NCBI GenBank assembly: GCA_004284765.1
Contig: NQJD01000033.1
Location: 1 to 27,489 of the forward strand
DNA from: Candidatus Electronema aureum
GTDB taxonomy: Bacteria > Desulfobacterota > Desulfobulbia > Desulfobulbales > Desulfobulbaceae
Direction: 5' to 3'
Length of the DNA stretch: 27,489 nt
Numbering within the stretch: the first letter of the stretch is position 1; every line of letters begins with the position of its first letter. The notes under the pieces are model-generated. The model made no database searches, was not told the DNA's origin, and worked only from the letters and a program-made list of their open reading frames with translations. Below are positions 25,167 through 27,489 of the stretch, piece after piece. The position numbers and the translations under genes are program-made.

Positions 25167-26777
25167 TTACTCGTAGGTCACAACTAACTGCGCTGCTTGG
25201 CTGGCCGAGCCTTCATACGCCTCAGCGGTGCGCTCGCCGGTGCCGGTGATGATGATCGCCATGCCGTTGTTGGCTGACCAGCCGCTGCGGTTGACGATCT
25301 CCTGCACGATGTCCCTCAGGTCAGGGGTCTGCTGCCCTGCGCCTGCCTGGCCGACGGTGCTCCACGCCACTGGTGCCCAAGTTACAGAGGCCGTGGTTGT
25401 CGGACGGCTGCTGATGTTGTTGGATGCCGTGGTGAAGGTGGCCGCATTGTCGGCGGCCTGGCCTTTGATGGTCAGTGTGGTCGTGCCGGAGTTGGTCTCA
25501 TCCACAGTGAACTGAATATAGGCGTTGGTGATGGTCGCGCCCTGCGGAATGCCGAGGTTGGTGAAGCGCATTCCCACGTACTGATTGCCGGTGGTGGTGG
25601 AGTCATAAACCAGCTCCAAGTCAGAACTGTTGGTGTACACCGTGCCGCCGGTCTGCCGCTGCTCGGCATCGTCGCTGCCTGCTGCCACCCGTGCGGAAAC
25701 TGTGGTGCTGCTGCCGCCTGCCTCGCCGGTCATGGAGATGGGCGAGGAGATGGCCTCGTCGCCGTCCTGCTGCGTGACCTTCACATAATAGTAGTCGCCT
25801 TCAGCGGCGGTCACGCTGCCGGTGATGACCGGATGCGCCTGATTGGGATTCCACGTCTGCGCAACCGCGCCATTTTTGATCAGCTGCACGGTGGAGAAGA
25901 CCTCGTTGTTGCCGTCATTGGCCTCGATGCGCAGGGCGTGGGTGCCGGGATCCAAAACCGAACCCATCTCCGCGCTGCTCAGGGTGAAGGAGAGGGTCAG
26001 GTTCTTGTCGAGCGTGGAGAACATGCGGCGGGCGTTGAGTGCTTCCATGATCGCGGCGCGGGTCTTGGCGGTGGCCAGCACGGCCAGACGGTAGTCGGTG
26101 TCCGTGCCCCACGTGGCGGTGTGGTTGTCGTCGCCGCCTGCTGCGCCGATGTCCCAACCACGAGAAATGGCCTCGTCAAAGAAGCTTTTGCTGCCGTCGT
26201 TGGTGTAGTAGCCGTCGTTGTAATAGTAGGTGTCGAAGTCGTCGGCCTTGTTGAACAGCTCCATGCCCACGAACTTGTCAGACGGCGTGGTGGCGAAGTG
26301 GCTGAACTCTTGACCAGTGCTGTCTTGCCGACCAGGATGGTTGAAGAAGGCCACGCCGCTGCGGCTGTTGAGCCATGTCACCAGCTCCGGGAAGGTGTCT
26401 GTGGCGGTGCTGGTGGAGGCGCAGTAATCGCTGGTGCCGATCACGGTCACATGGCCGTAGGTGCTGTGGGACCACTCAAAGCCAGCGAGGGCGACAAAGC
26501 TGCCGTCGCTGTTGTAGGAATCCGCAGTGCTTTGGATGGTGCTCCATTCCGTGGAGCTGACCTGCTCGGCATGATCAGCAAGGGCGAAGAAGTCCAGACC
26601 GGCAGTGTCCCGCGCATAAGCGTAAGCCTGAGCAGGCGTGCCCGTGCCATCCGAGACGTTGGAGTGGTTGTGCAGGTGGCCGTAATAGACATCGTAGGCT
26701 GCTGCCGGGTCAGCGGCAAGACATGCGCCGACACCTGCGAGGATGAATATCCCCAGTCTGCTGTAGCTCTTTTGCAT
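25167..26777 (-). CDS. Secreted PHP-domain (CehA/McbA-like) metallohydrolase with a beta-rich C-terminal region
   Basis: Signal peptide MQKSYSRLGIFILAGVGACLAADPAAA. PHP motifs are YYGHLHNHSNVSDG, LDFFALADHAE, GFEWSH and FNHPG. The C-terminal ~200 aa are Thr/Gly/Ser-rich and beta-like. Confidence 0.7.
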   Translation of the reverse strand: MQKSYSRLGIFILAGVGACLAADPAAAYDVYYGHLHNHSNVSDGTGTPAQAYAYARDTAGLDFFALADHAEQVSSTEWSTIQSTADSYNSDGSFVALAGFEWSHSTYGHVTVIGTSDYCASTSTATDTFPELVTWLNSRSGVAFFNHPGRQDSTGQEFSHFATTPSDKFVGMELFNKADDFDTYYYNDGYYTNDGSKSFFDEAISRGWDIGAAGGDDNHTATWGTDTDYRLAVLATAKTRAAIMEALNARRMFSTLDKNLTLSFTLSSAEMGSVLDPGTHALRIEANDGNNEVFSTVQLIKNGAVAQTWNPNQAHPVITGSVTAAEGDYYYVKVTQQDGDEAISSPISMTGEAGGSSTTVSARVAAGSDDAEQRQTGGTVYTNSSDLELVYDSTTTGNQYVGMRFTNLGIPQGATITNAYIQFTVDETNSGTTTLTIKGQAADNAATFTTASNNISSRPTTTASVTWAPVAWSTVGQAGAGQQTPDLRDIVQEIVNRSGWSANNGMAIIITGTGERTAEAYEGSASQAAQLVVTYE

Positions 26778-26998
26778 CGCTCGTTCCTCTCCGTGAAGAT
26801 TGAAGGCTGCCTGATTGCAGCGGCCCTCAATCTAAATAGGGAACATCAGGGTTTGATGAGGGTTGGGTTAGCCTTCTGTGAAAAACATCCCTGTGCTGCT
26901 TGGCGCGGGCTATCTTTTGGCTGAAGCCTCTTGCTGTAGCTACGAAGGGTATTCCTGCCTGAATAGGTTAGGGATTGCTTCGCTTTCTCCCGCGCCGT

Positions 26999-27139
26999 TA
27001 TAGCCAGAGCAACGTAATTTGAACCGTCGTATCTGTCATTTCGAGCGGAGCGAGAAATCTCACGCCAAGGACGAAGAGGAGATTCCTCGCTCCGCTCGGA
27101 ATGACATTCAAGTTCACTTTATGCTGCTTCAGCTATAAC
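26999..27139 (+). mobile_element. 141-bp MITE/REP-like palindromic element, copy B
   Basis: 139/141 identical to 13978-14118 in the same orientation (the differences are A/G at the 16th base and T/C at the 65th base of the element). Confidence 0.7.
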
Positions 27140-27223
27140 CTGTTACTTGTCCCCGCCTGATAATTTCTGAACATTCCTAGTTTCGGTAGTCCTTAAGGCG
27201 TAGTGACAGCCCGATTCCTACGC

Positions 27224-27252
27224 TGGAAATTTCCGCCGGACTTTGTTATAAT
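27224..27252 (+). promoter_or_regulatory. Promoter of the truncated zinc-ribbon ORF
   Basis: TGGAAA (27224-27229), 17-nt spacer, perfect TATAAT (27247-27252). AAGGAG lies 8 nt before ATG 27288. Confidence 0.4.
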
Positions 27253-27287
27253 TCTGTAAAAACAACCTGTTGCCAAGGAGAGCAAAA

Positions 27288-27350
27288 ATGCCATCCTGCC
27301 CCAGCTGCGGCACTGAGAAAGTCATAAAAAACGGTAATGGTGAACCATGA
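27288..27350 (+). pseudogene. N-terminal zinc-ribbon fragment of an IS1/IS1595-type transposase (InsA-like), cut by the terminal repeat
   Basis: MPSCPSCGTEKVIKNG resembles the CPSC....V.(K/R)NG start of IS1 InsA-type proteins. The frame enters the 157-bp repeat at 27333 and ends NGEP*, the same tail as the WD40 fragment at the other end. Confidence 0.4.
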
Positions 27351-27489
27351 GTGGCAAAGCGGACGGCTCCCTAAAAAACACATTGAATTTACCATTAAAA
27401 ACAATATAATATTGAAAAAGTTGACTTCCGACTTGGTCTCAGTTTTCAGAGGGCGAATGCCCGCCAGCCAAACGCCGTTCTTATGAAAG
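27333..27489 (+). mobile_element. Truncated end of an IS-like repeat; perfect inverted copy of 1-157
   Basis: See feature 1-157. The outward promoter is TTGAAT (27383-27388), 16 nt, TATAAT (27405-27410). An ATG at 27483 is a possible, unsupported gene start at the window edge. Confidence 0.5.

Noticed and set aside
21593-26924. Many long ORFs that shadow the PK-like, acyltransferase and PHP genes on either strand (e.g. 22346-23125, 24415-25095, 25833-26924 and 22203-22736 on the plus strand; 22399-22806 on the minus strand)
   Set aside because: They overlap frames that have strong family signatures. Their composition (R/A/G/P-rich) is what a lack of stop codons in high-GC DNA produces.
1-27489. 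The whole window as a composite transposon bounded by inverted IS copies
   Set aside because: The interval contains core single-copy functions (rpsU, pgsA, thyX, holA, clpS/clpA). Two independent insertions into a chromosome, or an assembly effect, is more plausible than a mobile 27-kb unit.
1-27489. tRNA, rRNA, tmRNA or RNase P genes
   Set aside because: No cloverleaf-compatible or conserved rRNA-like segments were recognised in the intergenic regions. A tRNAscan or Infernal run would be the proper check.

Overview
The window is a 27.5-kb bacterial segment. The gene content resembles Desulfobacterota or another Gram-negative lineage, but I cannot establish taxonomy without a database search. 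It has three parts.

(1) Left accessory block, about 158-5750, GC-rich. Sampled 60-nt lines were about 70% GC at 1501, though only 53% at 4201 within the first Uma2 gene. One minus-strand cluster encodes:
- a small helical Bell/HeLo-like protein
- an FGE-sulfatase-domain protein
- a Uma2 nuclease
- a divergent SIR2_2-type protein
- a second Uma2 nuclease
- a STAND P-loop NTPase with a TM helix and WD40 repeats, which is frameshifted and cut at its 3' end

The first two genes are translationally coupled. They share an ungapped ~29-residue G/N/V-rich motif, at the C-terminus of one and the N-terminus of the next. That is the layout of amyloid-type signalling pairs. This is my best candidate for an undescribed system.

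(2) Housekeeping core, about 5900-20950, roughly 45-50% GC in sampled lines. It carries rpsU, pgsA, thyX, an AI-2E permease, a double M16 peptidase, an MBL hydrolase, a membrane TPR protein, holA, clpS-clpA and a TlpA-like redoxin. An AT-rich 2-TM gene sits at 8491-9075.

(3) Right GC-rich block, about 21000-26800. One sampled 60-nt line (21061) was about 72% GC. It carries an atypical pyruvate-kinase-like protein, an OlsF-like bifunctional acyltransferase and a secreted PHP-domain hydrolase.

Non-coding structure is unusually rich:
- The two window ends are a perfect 157-bp inverted repeat, apparently IS-like ends that disrupt a gene on each side.
- A 141-bp MITE-like palindromic element occurs twice.
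- Three unrelated arrays of dyad-symmetric repeats all have a 23-bp period (2157-2294, 14185-14322, 23148-23285).

No rRNA, tRNA or CRISPR array was recognised. All calls rest on reading the sequence and translations and on remembered family motifs. No searches were run.
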